Of a stretch of DNA of 64,000 nt, positions 1 through 12,800 are shown piece after piece (the first letter of the stretch is position 1; each line of letters opens with the position of its first letter). The translations under genes and the position numbers were made by a program. This DNA comes from Acanthaster planci (lineage: Eukaryota), in assembly GCF_001949145.1 (NCBI RefSeq), contig NW_019091358.1:1054961-1118960 (forward strand). The letters are read 5' to 3'. The notes beneath the pieces are model-generated. The model did no database searches. It saw only the letters and a program-made list of their open reading frames with translations, and had not been told where the DNA came from.

Positions 1-100
1 CAAGACCGAAACCATGGCATACGATACCAAGACCGATACCTACTCCTTCAAGACCAGGACTTCCAGACCGAGACTTTTGCAGGTCGAGACCGAGACCAAC
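1..100. mobile_element. Remnant of hAT-like non-autonomous element (subterminal (c/g)aagacc/gagacc repeats)
   Basis: Seven agacc-containing units in 100 bp, the same motif as the subterminal repeats of the elements at 15232 and 29526; truncated by window start. Confidence 0.45.
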
Positions 101-945
101 CATAAAGCAATGTTTAGTTTTTACCAAAAGGTAAATAGGGACAAACATATGGCAGTACAGTTAAGTACAAAAGAAATAAAATGAAAACATTAGAATAAAC
201 TCACACACACAAATAGGTCAGATTTTTGGACCACTGTGCAAACCAAATCTTGTCGCGCACCGGAGCGCTAGTTTTCCTTCCAGAGTTGCCTTTGATCGAG
301 CACAAGTCCTACTCTGATCAGTATCCAATCAAAATTTTTGCACGGCCATTTATGACATTGGCCTAATATGGAACGTAAGGGCGTGGCTACCGGAGATTGG
401 CAAACATAATGCTAAGTTTGAATATATGTAAGCACAATTGGATGTAGTGAGAATTTGGAATTGTTGTGCAGCGGAAATGTCGTACCGGTATGTTGCGTGG
501 TCTCGGTTGATTATTAGTGAAATCTCACCGCGTGCTTTTTACACGAGTTGTCCTGGGTACGGGGGGTCCTAGATACTAGCTAGCTAAATTTCACATTGTT
601 GGGACATTTTATCACTTTCTGGTACGGAATTATCTTGGAAATGTTGCATCTCTTGGAGTGATACGTTTGCTGTTTTCTGACCTAGTTGTGTCATTGGGAA
701 TGCTATTCCTATTACAACATTTTAAGTGAAATTTTGTGTTGTCCGTGTATGGAACTCTTTCCAAATGCTCAACAACTCTTGACAATAAAATAGATCGTCT
801 GCCTTAAGGCTAATCAAAATAAATGGCTTGTTTATCATCCCTCAAAGTCAATTCTTTTGGCTGGGAGGGCGAGGGCCTTTGATACCTGATATTTGCACTG
901 TGATGCTATTGACACAAATGTCTTGGGGTTTGTAGGTCAGACACT

Positions 946-1316
946 ATTCACACTATGACATGTCGAACTACGCCCCACGGCATGGCAGCGTATCGTACTA
1001 TGACATGTCAAACCATGCGGCATGGCAGCGTATCATACTATGACATGTCAAACTATGCCCTACGGCATGGCAGTGTATCATACTATGACATGTCAAACCA
1101 CGCGACATGGCACGGTATCGTACTATGACATGTCAAACTATGCCCTACGGCATGGCAGTGTATCATACTATGACATGTCAAACCACGCAACATGGCACGG
1201 TATCGTACTATGACATGTCAAACTATGCCCCACGGCATGGCAGCGTATCGTACTATGACATGTCAAACCATGCGGCATGGCAGCGTATCATACCATGACA
1301 TGTCAAACTATGCCCC
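946..1316. repeat. Minisatellite: 85-bp dimer of alternating 45- and 40-bp related units
   Basis: Core TGACATGTC at 956, 1001, 1041, 1086, 1126, 1171, 1211, 1256, 1296 (spacing 45/40); explains the 85-nt-periodic ORFs at 1022/1107/1192. Confidence 0.95.
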
Positions 1317-1859
1317 AGAGATTTACATTATGAGATTTACATGTGCATCACTTATTTTCTGTTGCACTGGTTGATGAGCCATCAGAAAGGGATAACATGT
1401 CCTAAAATGTCAAATTTGCAATAAAAATATTAAAGCATGTTCTTAGAAAACAGAGAATTTTCCAGACCCGGGTTTATGCACAGAGCGTCAAGTGATGTCC
1501 AGTGTATGGAACACTTTCCGATATTTGTTTGAAAAAAATCAAAAATATTAAATATCAAATTAAGATTTGTTTTTAGAGCTGGCAGTGATGAAGCAACCAA
1601 CTAATTTTAATCAGCCCAATCAGATGTTAGTTAAGCCTGTTACCAGTCGCATCCCAACTGACATTGATACCGGTAGGCCGAGCCTCCATTACTGTACATG
1701 TAGCTGGGATAGTGGGCCAGTCCAACCATAGCACATACATAACTTGCCATTGTGTGTCATAGCATGTGTCAACGTCATTTCATTTCACGGATCAGCATCT
1801 TGTGCTTGTAGAAATTAGTTCTTATATGTGTGATGATGAAATGGCAGGTTGGCAAACTG

Positions 1860-2023
1860 CCCGAGTACAAGTACCGGTACTGGTGCCATCAGTTTGAGTA
1901 CGAGTACTTCACCATTTGAGTACAAGTGTTAATACTCACCATGCTCACCCGAGTAGTTCTTGAGTATCATACTGTGCATGTATGTAAGTAAGTACTGAGT
2001 ATGAGTATGGTACTACAACACTG
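1860..2023. mobile_element. Degenerate hAT-like MITE end with GAGTAC repeats
   Basis: Multiple gagtac/gagtat units ending in tactacaacactg, the same terminal motif as the elements at 15232 and 29526. Confidence 0.5.
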
Positions 2024-5000
2024 GATATGTGTAAAGCAAATGTTGCTATTTTTCTGCCAACCAAACTTTCTGGGAAGATAAGACTAGGCCCTAGCCTCTG
2101 TAGCTATGAGGGGCATATGCATGTACATGTACTTTACATACAGGAGTATTTTTTCCCTTATATTTTGGCAGTGGATATTGGACCAGGAACCATATTATTT
2201 TTGTTTTGGCACCAACACAGTAACAGAACCTGCACAGTGCGTCTTTTGGAGGATAGAAATGTTACCGTGGCAAATCTTCTGGTTCCTTGCATTCAGTGCA
2301 TTGCCATTGTGAATGCTGTGTACGAGATAGAATTCAGTTCTAGTGCTGTTATGGACTTCATTTCCATTGAAAAAAAAAACTTCCAAGCCGTGAGTCATGC
2401 AGAGCAAACAAACTTTCCTGCAATTTAAATATGAATGATGTTGTGACATAATTGGGTTTGGAACCTCAAAACTGACCCCAGATTTGAGTCTGCACCGTCA
2501 TCTTCTGATGGGGGTCGGCACCATGTTCCTTACCCATTTGTTAATGTAATAACTCGGATGGAAGGTGAATTTAATATTTACCAATGTCAGTGCTGGCTGT
2601 ACCAAAAATAAAGTGACTGAATGACAGCAAAATGTGCACTTTGTTCTATTTAAATTATTAATCTAGGTACAGAGTGTCCACAGATATATAGGCATATTTG
2701 GATTATATTTTAAAATATCATGATGTGAAATATCAAAATATAACTTTCGTGTCATGGGCACCACTTTTTCTTCTTTATTTCAGAAGTTCTTTTTGAAAAC
2801 ATGAAAATATTGGTTGACTCTGAGATTTGTTTAAAGAAATGCAATGTAATTTGCAGAATGTTACCCTATTCATCTTCTAACAGCTTAGCTAAGGAATACA
2901 CTGCACATTGTTCTTGGCGTATTATAAAGATTTGCGGGGATCAAATTAGAGAAGATCAATGAGACCGCCCGAGGCAAAGATCTGAATCCTATCCAAATCT
3001 GATCAATCAGCTCAGCAGCCTCAGCTCAATCCAGGGTGAGAGGCTGTAGTGTACAAAGGCCTTGATAGACTAATTGTAAAATAACGCTAGACAGGTTTGT
3101 GACCTGGGTCAAATCACAGAACTGAAGTAGGACACTATTATATTGTAGCACTAAACAAAGTTGATCAATACTGTACTTGTACATGTACAGTATGTAGGTT
3201 CTTCAATATGAAGTTTCTGTGTAGCCTGGGTCCTACAATTATTTCATTGGTTCTGTCATTATTTATGTATTCATGTATGGTTTACAGTGACCAAAACCTG
3301 GAAAATTGGTTGAAATTCCAGACCTTTTTTTTTCACATGACAACTTTTACAAGAGCATCATTAAGGCCTACTCTACCTGTACAATATTGCAACGTTATCC
3401 GACAGTCTCTTTAATGTGACATTTCCCTGTACACACTTTAAAAAAACTAATCAGTGCGAAAAGTCATTCATATCTGGTTCCTTGCATGTACAAATGTACC
3501 ATAGTGCAGGCCTGTACCCTGTACGTTGCTAGTCTAGAATATTTCTCCACACTGCTCTCCATAAATTACAGGGGTGAGCTGGGTTTTGAAAAGAAATAAC
3601 ATAAATCATCACCTACCGGTACCAGCACTGTAGACCGGTATGCACAGTACTATACAGTACATGTTGCATGTTCTGGTGCTTCTAAACTGTCATTACTATA
3701 ATTATTCAAATATTGTAGGTTCATGCATTGAAAAGGGTCGGTAAGTTTTCAGAAGATGGAATTAATGCCTTGGAGAGATTTTGAAAGTCTTTTTTTTTTC
3801 TTATTTTGCCCTTTTGGTAAAGTTGGTCTTTGTCTTAAACAGTCATTACAATACCATTTTTAATGATCTTGTTAAGATTTCACAATGTCTTGATGTATTC
3901 GCACTGTGTTCAGAGAAAGTGAAGCAGGTTTAGAAGCTTAAAACTGAAAATGCATAAGAAATGTTTGACCAGTGTTTATGAAAATTGAATGTGTCAGTAT
4001 GGTGAATGTTAAATAAGATATGAGTTTCTAAAGATGAGTTGTAACTGTATGCTGATTGACATTATCACATTTGAAGGTAAATTGTTTGAAATAAGGTCCA
4101 TGTATTTTGCAACTTGCAACAGTCGTTGCTACAAAATGTTTAGCCCTATCTCCCGGGGCTCCTGCCCTAGAAAGCATACTGAACCTCACAAAATCCAACA
4201 GGTACATGTACGTGTACATGCAGGTCACTGTACCAAACCTGATAAACTCTTAACAGAATGAGCCCGTTGGAGTGTGAGTGGTATGGTATGGATGGGTCTA
4301 TGCAGTATAGGATGACTTGCACTGAACAGTACCAAACCTGACAAAATCAAGCAACTCACACAGAATCCAACACCATCTCCCTGGGCCTTTCATCCCAAGT
4401 CTGAACAAAGTTCAACAAGTTCATCAGGTATGGTACCAAACCTGCAAAAACCTCACAAAACCTGCTGTTGGAGTTACGGTAGTCAGTAGTTGGAGGTGGG
4501 ATGCTCTACACGTATTGAACCTAAAGTCCCGCCTGATTTTCATCTTTCTCATGAATACAAGTAAGAGCATCCTGGCCTGCTTCGTGTACTAACAAAAACA
4601 AATGTTTGTGCTCTAATGCTGAAATTAAAATTGAAATGGTTTGAACAATGTCTCGATAAAACAGAAATGAGGAAGAAGATCCTTGTAACCTTTTGTCTTC
4701 AGTTGCTATTAATTTTTCTAATACTTTTTACGGTTACGGTGTACATGTACCACCATATTTGTTCGTCATACCAATCTGAGAAGTCTAGAAGACGTGTTTT
4801 ATTGTGGACATGTGTTTGAGGAACAATTTAGGGAACAATTAGTTTTACTCTACAGAAAATAAAACAAAACATAAACAACCTCAACTCTTGTGTTACTTTT
4901 CTTGTCCGGCACACATACCAGTACAGTGTACCAGTGTGTGTACATGTACCAACCCTATCCACACGTGTACACTGTACATGTATTCCTGTATGGAACTGTC

Positions 5001-5910
5001 TTTTAAATGAGCTTTACAATCAACTCTTAATAAGACAGAAATAGAGTGTGCTTTGAAATTGAATTAAAAAAAAATGACTGAATCTGTATTCTGGATACAA
5101 AGAGGAACTCACCTTGAATTGCTTGTAGATATTGTTGCTTTCAAAATCTCAAGCATTATCCCTGTGTTCTCTGTCTTGCTGTCAGTTCAATTAACATTGT
5201 GTTGCATATGAAGTAACCTCTGATTATCTGATTTCGAATTGGACTGTGTTGCTTGCTCGCTTGGTTTGTACAGCAGGTTCTCTCCTGCCGTGAAAAAAAC
5301 CGTGCTTGACTCCTGGGCACAAGCCAATCAAATTGTTGAATTTACGCCCTGCCAACTGTGACGTTGAATATACGTCATTCCATTTCAGAGGACAGTGAAG
5401 GGAGTTCCTGATTTTGTGCTCTGTTGCCCAATGGCTTGGGCCCCAGAGTGCAAGTATGTCACAGCTGCCATTCTTGCCAAGGGTTGTTACGGTAGGGAGA
5501 CCAAACAAAACATCCGATTTCTGTCCTGTGCAGACTCTGACCTTGTTACCTGTTGACGCCTCTCTAAATTTGATCTGTCAGATCTGTGTTCTAGCTGTCC
5601 TTTTTTTTTACTAAAAAGGGAATGAAAGAGGGTAAAAAAAAATTGAAAAGCCACCCTGCTTTTGTGATGTATTTCATACACAGTGGGAAATGCTAGAAAA
5701 TGGAAAAATGAGAAATGACAACAATTCCTGTTTGCTGTTTAATGCAACAACAGTTGCCATAGCAACCAGAACCGGGCACGGACATGTATTGCACTTGCCA
5801 TCAACATGCATTGCACAACTTCACATAGACAGAGTGCAGACTTGTGACATTGTTGCATCTATTTATTGGCTCGTCATGTCGTTGAGATGTTTTCGAATGA
5901 AAATCAAAGG

Positions 5911-6105
5911 TTAAAGGGTACATGTAGCTGTATGTGCTGCCTATTGTATGAAAAGTATTTGACATTTGTATTAGGTTCGATGCATTTAAAAGTGCACTTT
6001 TTAAAAATGTTTCAAATTATTCATTCTTTTCTGGACAACTGAGGACACTGTTACTGTGATACTTGTTATCTAGGGAAGATATGGCCCAGTGCACAGGTTT
6101 TCTTT
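5911..6105 (+). mobile_element. Dispersed repeat, Kolobok-like left end (TTAA|AGGG); related copy at ~23345-23497
   Basis: Shared blocks aaaagtgcactttttaaa, ggacaactgaggacactgtt / ggcaacagggggcgctgtt and atctagggaagatatggcccagtgca / atctggggaagacatggttcagtgca. Superfamily is inferred only from TTAA followed by AGGG. Confidence 0.5.
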
Positions 6106-6761
6106 TCTGTTCAAATTGTGAACCCAGAATTTACTTTCCGAAAACATTTCCGGGAAAGGGTTGCTTGCTTGCTTATTGCTATGTACATATACTTGCTCAA
6201 CAGTGAATTACCAAATAGAAGAACACTTAAGCCTGCAAATTCTCCAAAGATACTTTTTGCATACACCATATAAGTAAGTAATATTTACTCGGTAGGTTTC
6301 CTTCCTGACATTGTAGAGATTCGTGAAAAAATTCCATTGGTGCTAATATGTTTTGGGTTTTTTTTGCTAAAAGTAAGTAGACATTACATTTAGTCTTTCA
6401 CAGCCAAATCTAAAGTCCTAAACCTTCCCTGCAGATCCTAAAGGAGTTGCACTGCATTTTGCAGGATTGGGGAATAACAGAGGCACTTGCAGATCATAGA
6501 CACTGGTACTGGTAGTGTACATCGGTTTCCTGCATAGCGAAAGATTGTGGAAGACTCAGAATGTTCCTATCAAACTTTTACTGTTATTTTGCTCCCTGCT
6601 GAGAGCGGCTACTTGATAAGAATAATTTCATTGTGTCACTGAAAGTGTCTCTGCTCGCCCTCATGCCACAAGTCTGTCAATTCTCCTATTTTTTAACGTC
6701 TGTTTCATTACGTTTCTTCTTTAACTTCTTGTCTGTTTTACTTCTCGTTTGACCTTTCCAG

Positions 6762-6858
6762 TGAATTGCATTGATCGACACAAGGAGGCAAATCCAGACC
6801 GAGTTGCTCTCATATGGGAGAAAGATGAACCAGGACAAGAAGAGAGGATTACATACAA
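6762..6858 (+). CDS. ACSS1: ACSS1-like exon (VNCIDRH...EERITYK)
   Basis: ttccag| acceptor, |gtaaaa donor; 97 nt, phase 1 to 2. Confidence 0.93.
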
Positions 6859-9800
6859 GTAAAATCAAAATACATTTGGTTTATTGACAGTTTGCTGAAC
6901 GATTGATGTTTTGAACGAGATGGAGAGGACTTGGGTTTACTGTAGGACTTGAATGGTTTTGTTTCATTTCAGGGTCTGCCGTTTTGCAGTTTCTCCCCAG
7001 TTGTATAAACTCTGTTTTAAATTGAAAACAGAAGGTGCTTTGTTGTTGCTCTGTACCGTTTGCAGAGAGAAAGAAAATTTCCATCGGTCCTGTCAGTAAA
7101 GTTTATTTGAAAGTCACTTTTAAATGTTAACAAATAATGTTACGAAAAAAGGAAGTCATCCATGTGTGTAGTCACTTAAGTTTTAGGATTTGAATCAGAT
7201 TGGAGGCCTTGTAATTTGTTACAAAATCCCCTTGCTGCCCAGTTTTCCCCAATTCCTGAAATTAAAAAGGTTGCTTGGCGTTGAATAATATCCAATCCAA
7301 TCCAAAAACGTGTGTTCTTATCCAAATACAGACAGCTGTATGACATGACCAATCAAATTGCCAATGCCTTGAAGACCCAAGGGGTGAAGAAAGGTGACCG
7401 TGTGGCCATCTACATGCCTGTCTCCCCCCTTGCTGTGGCTTCCATGATGGCCTGTGCTCGGATCGGTGCTATCCACAGGTAAAGTGCCAGCCATTGGTAG
7501 ATAGTTTGGGAGTAGATGAAGGATGAATGTGGACTGTGGCCCCCCTGAAAAAAACGGATGAAAGAAGTTTGTACAGGACTTGAAAAATAAGAGAGGTGCC
7601 CTCTTGGGCCATTTAACATCCTATCCCACCGGAAGAGAGTGGACAGCCCCCAAATGCCTCCTCAACCATCAGAAAGGACATAAAATGTTTACAGAAAGAG
7701 ATTCAAAGTGTTTTACCCTTGAAAAAATGTGCTCCCCCTTGGCAAACTTTTATACTCGTATCATACCAGAAGTACCTCTCAAAAGAAATTATATGTTGAT
7801 ACTAATAGAACTTCATTACTCAAAAATAGTCTTGTACAATGCGGTGTCCAATACTGGAATAGCCTAAATGAAATTATAAAAGCAGCGCCCACTTTATTAA
7901 CATTTGCTCTAAAGTTGAAATATCTAATATTTTCTGAATACATCACCTGTACCGACTAGAATTGTATTTTGATGCATTGTATTATCTCCTGCCTGTCAGT
8001 GTTTGTCCGTATGTGTATCACTGCCAAAAACATATTCATGTCTTGTATTGTCCTGTGTTATAATATGTATGTCTGTCAATAGGTTAGGGTACAAAAGCAA
8101 ATCTATGCTTCACCCTTTACCTAAATGTTGTTCTTTAACGTGTTAATAAATAAACAGAGGTGTACTGGATTTGCCCTCAGTGTTGGCAGCATGCAAGTGC
8201 TGATAGCTTTGAGTGGTGTAGTAAATGTACATGTTGGAACTCTTGTGAGTTAAATTAAAAAAAACTGATAAACTGAGTTCTTTAAATTCACTTGCATATA
8301 ACAAATTCTCCATACTAAAGACACTTTTGCTATACCTCGTGATTTGAGGCCAATTTTGGATTAGTTACAGTGCATAACACCTTGCACAATGCACTGTTTT
8401 CAATGGATAAGAAGGCCACAAAGGAGCCAGTCCATTCCAGAGCTGTGCAAAAGCTTTCCCCGAATCATGAGGTATAGCAACAGTCTCTTTAGTCTGAGGA
8501 ATTCAGTTTGTAATGTTTATGTGCAATCAGATTTAACACAGTGTACCAGATTTTATTCAAATTTAACTGGCAGAAGGCTAGTTGCTTCTTACAATGAGCT
8601 ATCAAGCGTTATCATTGCCCTATCATGCGGCCAAGGGAATATAAAAACCTACATGTAGTGCTCAAGGTAGAATAGTAAAAATTACATATACTGTGTGATA
8701 TATCATAGGCCACTTAAACGCAACCTGTGGTTGAGGTTTTACAATAATACTGACCACCACCCCTACTCCTAAGACATTGAGATTTTACATCTTGGTACCT
8801 CTGTCTTGAATACTGTTTTTTTATTGGCTGAGAACAATCACATGACCGGGTGACAAATACACATGCCATCATCACCTTCGGCCATCACATCACATTGTGA
8901 TATCTATTGAGTAGTCCCCACCCCACAGTTCAAATCCATAGTGCGTGGACCACTTGCCAGACCATTCACTGGTACCTCTGCAGCTTTCACCATACAGTTG
9001 ATAATAGTTAACTCTAGTGGGAGCAGGGAACCGGTACTGCAATATGATCAGCTGATGGAGCCCTGCATTTTTTTGTTCGCAGTTGAAGTCAGCTGGAAGT
9101 TTGTTTCTGTGTTTTAGGTTTCTCAAAATGTCTACCGAGCTTGGAGACACATGCCAATTTTTCTTCAAAAATGGTTTTTAAGACATAAAAATATTCCATC
9201 TCCTTTGAGACTTGTGTTACCAGCACAATACGGGTGGTTCACAGTAGTGGGCCTCCACGAGTTTACATCGTGTTGACCAATCACAGTGCGCGAAATCTGT
9301 TGACCCAGTGCACGTTTGGAAAGTGTGGAAAAATTTCCTGCAATGTGATTGGTCAACGCGTTACAAAATCCTGGAGGCACACTATTGTGTATGAACTGTA
9401 ATAAACCGACGTTGTGATGTACTGAGTCTCTCAGCATGTTACAACTTTCTTACCAGCAATGGACTAAGATACTTGTCAGTCGGGTTAAATTTGAGACCTT
9501 CAGGTGAGGAGAATGTTACAAAGAATTCAAGATAATAACAAAACATTCACCGACCGCTGTGATTTGGGACATGATCTTATAACACCCTCGTGCAATATAC
9601 ATTTACATGCGTATATCATTTACACAATTTCAGTCAGAGCCAGACCAATGGCCACAAAAAGGAGAGCTTTAGAGTTTTTGTTAGATGTCTCTGTGATGTC
9701 ACACATACACTGTACATTCACTGAAAATTGATCACTCAACTTTATGAAGATGAAAACAGGCTTCATGAACAACCAGTCACATACATGAAGTGTTTTAAGA

Positions 9801-12800
9801 TTTTTTTAGATTTAGATTTGTTTATTGATTGAGTGCATGTGATGTACATGCATGCTCTTTCCTTTGTAAATGTTGTGATATAGAATTAATTTGTAAACAG
9901 ATCATTGAATTGTATTGTTGTGGGATTCTAAAACTTGTTGTTATCTAAAAAAAAAAAACCATGAAATTCAAATGTATTGCACAACGTAGTGTGATATACA
10001 AAAGTGTATATAATGTATGTACATGTAGCTATTTAAAATAGTCTTTGTATGTTTGTATTTTTACCTATGTTGTGATGCTGTGTCATGTAAATGTATATAA
10101 ATGTATATACATACATGTACACCCCTGTCTGATAAAAACTGATTATATTTTAGTGAAATTATTTTTACTATTTGGTTTTGCAGTGTTGTGTTTGCTGGCT
10201 TCAGCGCTGAAGCATTAGCCAGCCGGATTAGAGACGGTAAGGTTGTTTTGACTTTTTGCATAATGATAATAATTCGAGTGTATGAAACCTTTAGCTTTTT
10301 GTTAAACTACCCCAGTGATTTCCTGGGACTTGCAGTATTTTTGAGGGATTTCGAACGGCGCAGCTTAGCCGGTTTTGCATGAAATTTACAATGAAGTCAA
10401 TATCTCAAGTTTGTTCAACGAAGAATGTGTACTATTATACATGTATGTAGCTCATAGTGCTTGTTTTCAAAGGACTCAAGAAGCCGCTCTGGAAACATGT
10501 TTTGAAGGAAAGGGTTAAGGAGGTTTGGGGAAAAAAGCAACAGAAGAAAAGCCATAATTTCCATTAGTTTGTCATTTACACATGTATTGTCAGCTTGGCC
10601 AACTTGATTGGAAAACATAATGCAAGTACAGAACTTCATGGATTGTGGTGGAACCTACCTAGATGTACCGTACCGTACCCTAGTCAAATGCGGAGGAGTC
10701 CTACGGAATGTGGGAGGGGCTCTTTGGAGAGCAGCAGCCTTATGTTACATTTTGGAGGCATAGTGCCATTTCCATTGCACGTGCGTGCACGTGCGTGCAT
10801 GTTTCTGTTTAATACAGGGCAGCAGGGTTGTGCGCATTCCAATGAAAATTTTGTGCCGCTTGCCCCACATAATCAAGACCTTGCAAAATATGTCATTTGT
10901 TGGTTCACACCAGTTGGCCACACAGCAGACTTTGCTGTCCCGTGCCCCACTGCTAGTGCGTTCCTGCACCTGACACCTGGCCTGAGAGGTATTTATGCTA
11001 CAGTGGATTTCATTTGTACCCTCTGATGTTGATTTCTGCACAGGCGATGCGCAGACGATAATCACGGCAGACCAGGCCGTGAGGGGGGGCAAGGTGATTG
11101 AACTCAAGAAGACTGTTGACAGTGCTGTCAGTCTGTGTCCAAACATCAAGCGTGTGTTTGTAGCCAAGAGGACGGGGAACCCTGTGCCCATGTCACAGAC
11201 TGACATTCCACTGGAGGAGGTTGGTTTTTACATTTAGTATGTAGAAAACTGATGGTATTTAACTTGCTGTATTTGTGCCAGTGCCTATTGTTGCAAATGG
11301 GTCATTCCATGAGGTTAGGGCACAGTTAGTGACGGTGTCCTTGTTACATGGGTAACTTTCACCACCTGTCATGACCTGTAGATTACGTCATTTACTCTGT
11401 AAAAATAACACACACCTCTGTATTCAGCCTTGCAAGATGTATAACTTGGAATCCGCAGGCAGGGAAATAGCTGTTCATTTTTACGGAACCCATGTAACGA
11501 TGGACACCGTCACAAATTGTGCCCCAACCTCATGGAATGACCCAAATAGAAGCCATCACAAGTTACAAGAAGTCAGTCACAAAGCAACCACGAGTCAGGA
11601 CTCAATTCACAAGCAAGTTGGTCCCTCGTCAGTCACAAGCCAATCACAAGTCATAAGATCTTCAGTTGGGTCACTAGCAAGTAAGTCCCAAACCAATCAC
11701 AATCCATTATTTACAGGCCATGTCCAGAGAGTCCACAGAATGCCAACCAGAAATCCTGGACTCGGAGGACCTCCTCTTCATGTTGTACACATCAGGATCC
11801 ACGGGGGCACCCAAGGGCCTGTCACACTCCCAGGCAGGCTATCTACTGTATGCATCACTCACGCATCAGGTATTTATACACAGATGCTGAGAACATGTGC
11901 ACAAACGGAATTAAGGATTCCCAAGGCAAGATTGAAATTCTCACGGTTTACTTGTTGCTGTCGCTCTTTCCCATGTGTCTCAGCTGAAAGGGAATCCACC
12001 AAGCATACAGGTATTTGGGTAATTCTATAAATTAGGGGTCCAACTTGGGGACATTTTTGTGTCCTGTTATACGCGAAGCCAGTCAACTTTTCTTCATGTA
12101 AAATTGTAACCACTTTATCAAACATTGTGCAGATTGAACTGTATATTGTACAAGTCATAAACAATGTAATCCTGTTTGATCTACAGAATGTGAACAGTAC
12201 TAATATTAGTTCCATCCAGAAAAGCTGAATGGTTTCACCCGTAACAGAACACCAAAATGTCCCCAAGTTGGACCTCTAATTTATAGAATCACCCATGTAC
12301 ATGTAGCAGTAGTTGACTCTACCAGGTGTACTGGAGTGAACAGTGGTATTGTAATAATGAATCCAGCCTCCCCCCTCCCCTGACAGTGTGGTGGATAGAT
12401 TGGGGCTGTGGATTACGGGTAGAAGTCTCAGCATATGAAAGCGAGGATTAGCTGATTGAGCTCGTCCACAGAAGGGGGTAGATGGCATTGACAGACGGGG
12501 GTGCCCAGATGGGGAACCCGAAAATGCCAGCAGGGCTAAACATTTAGTGATTGTTTCCGTCCAAAAGTATAGACCAACCAGTTGAGAAATGACAAAAGGG
12601 GAAAGGGGGAGAGCTCTCATTTGAAACGGAAAGCAAAATTAAATGGGCTGGCGCATCGCCTCTGGGTCTGCTAGCAGCACAGGATTCTAAAACTTCCAGA
12701 ATGTGCTTTTTATTCTGAATCTTACTGCAAACATTTGTATAGATATTTGGTTCACATTTGTGTAGCGTCAGTAAGAGGACTCAAAAAGTAAAGAAAAAAG

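Noticed and set aside
215..238. RSS-heptamer/Transib-like end (CACAGTG on the minus strand)
   Set aside because: A single 7-mer with no partner TIR, nonamer or transposase in the window; expected by chance.
946..1316. CRISPR-like look (palindromic ~23-bp repeat with intervening sequences) and ORFs 1022/1107/1192
   Set aside because: The intervening sequences are themselves alternating repeats rather than unique spacers, the context is eukaryotic with no cas genes, and the ORFs are repeat translations.
3983..4002. KLNVS-like stretch as the missing upstream ACSS1 exon
   Set aside because: No WF..G context and the donor phase is incompatible with exon 6762.
11371..12030. Longest ORF in the track (219 aa)
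   Set aside because: It runs through a MITE, a low-complexity repeat and the ACSS1 exon in the wrong frame; no recognisable domain.
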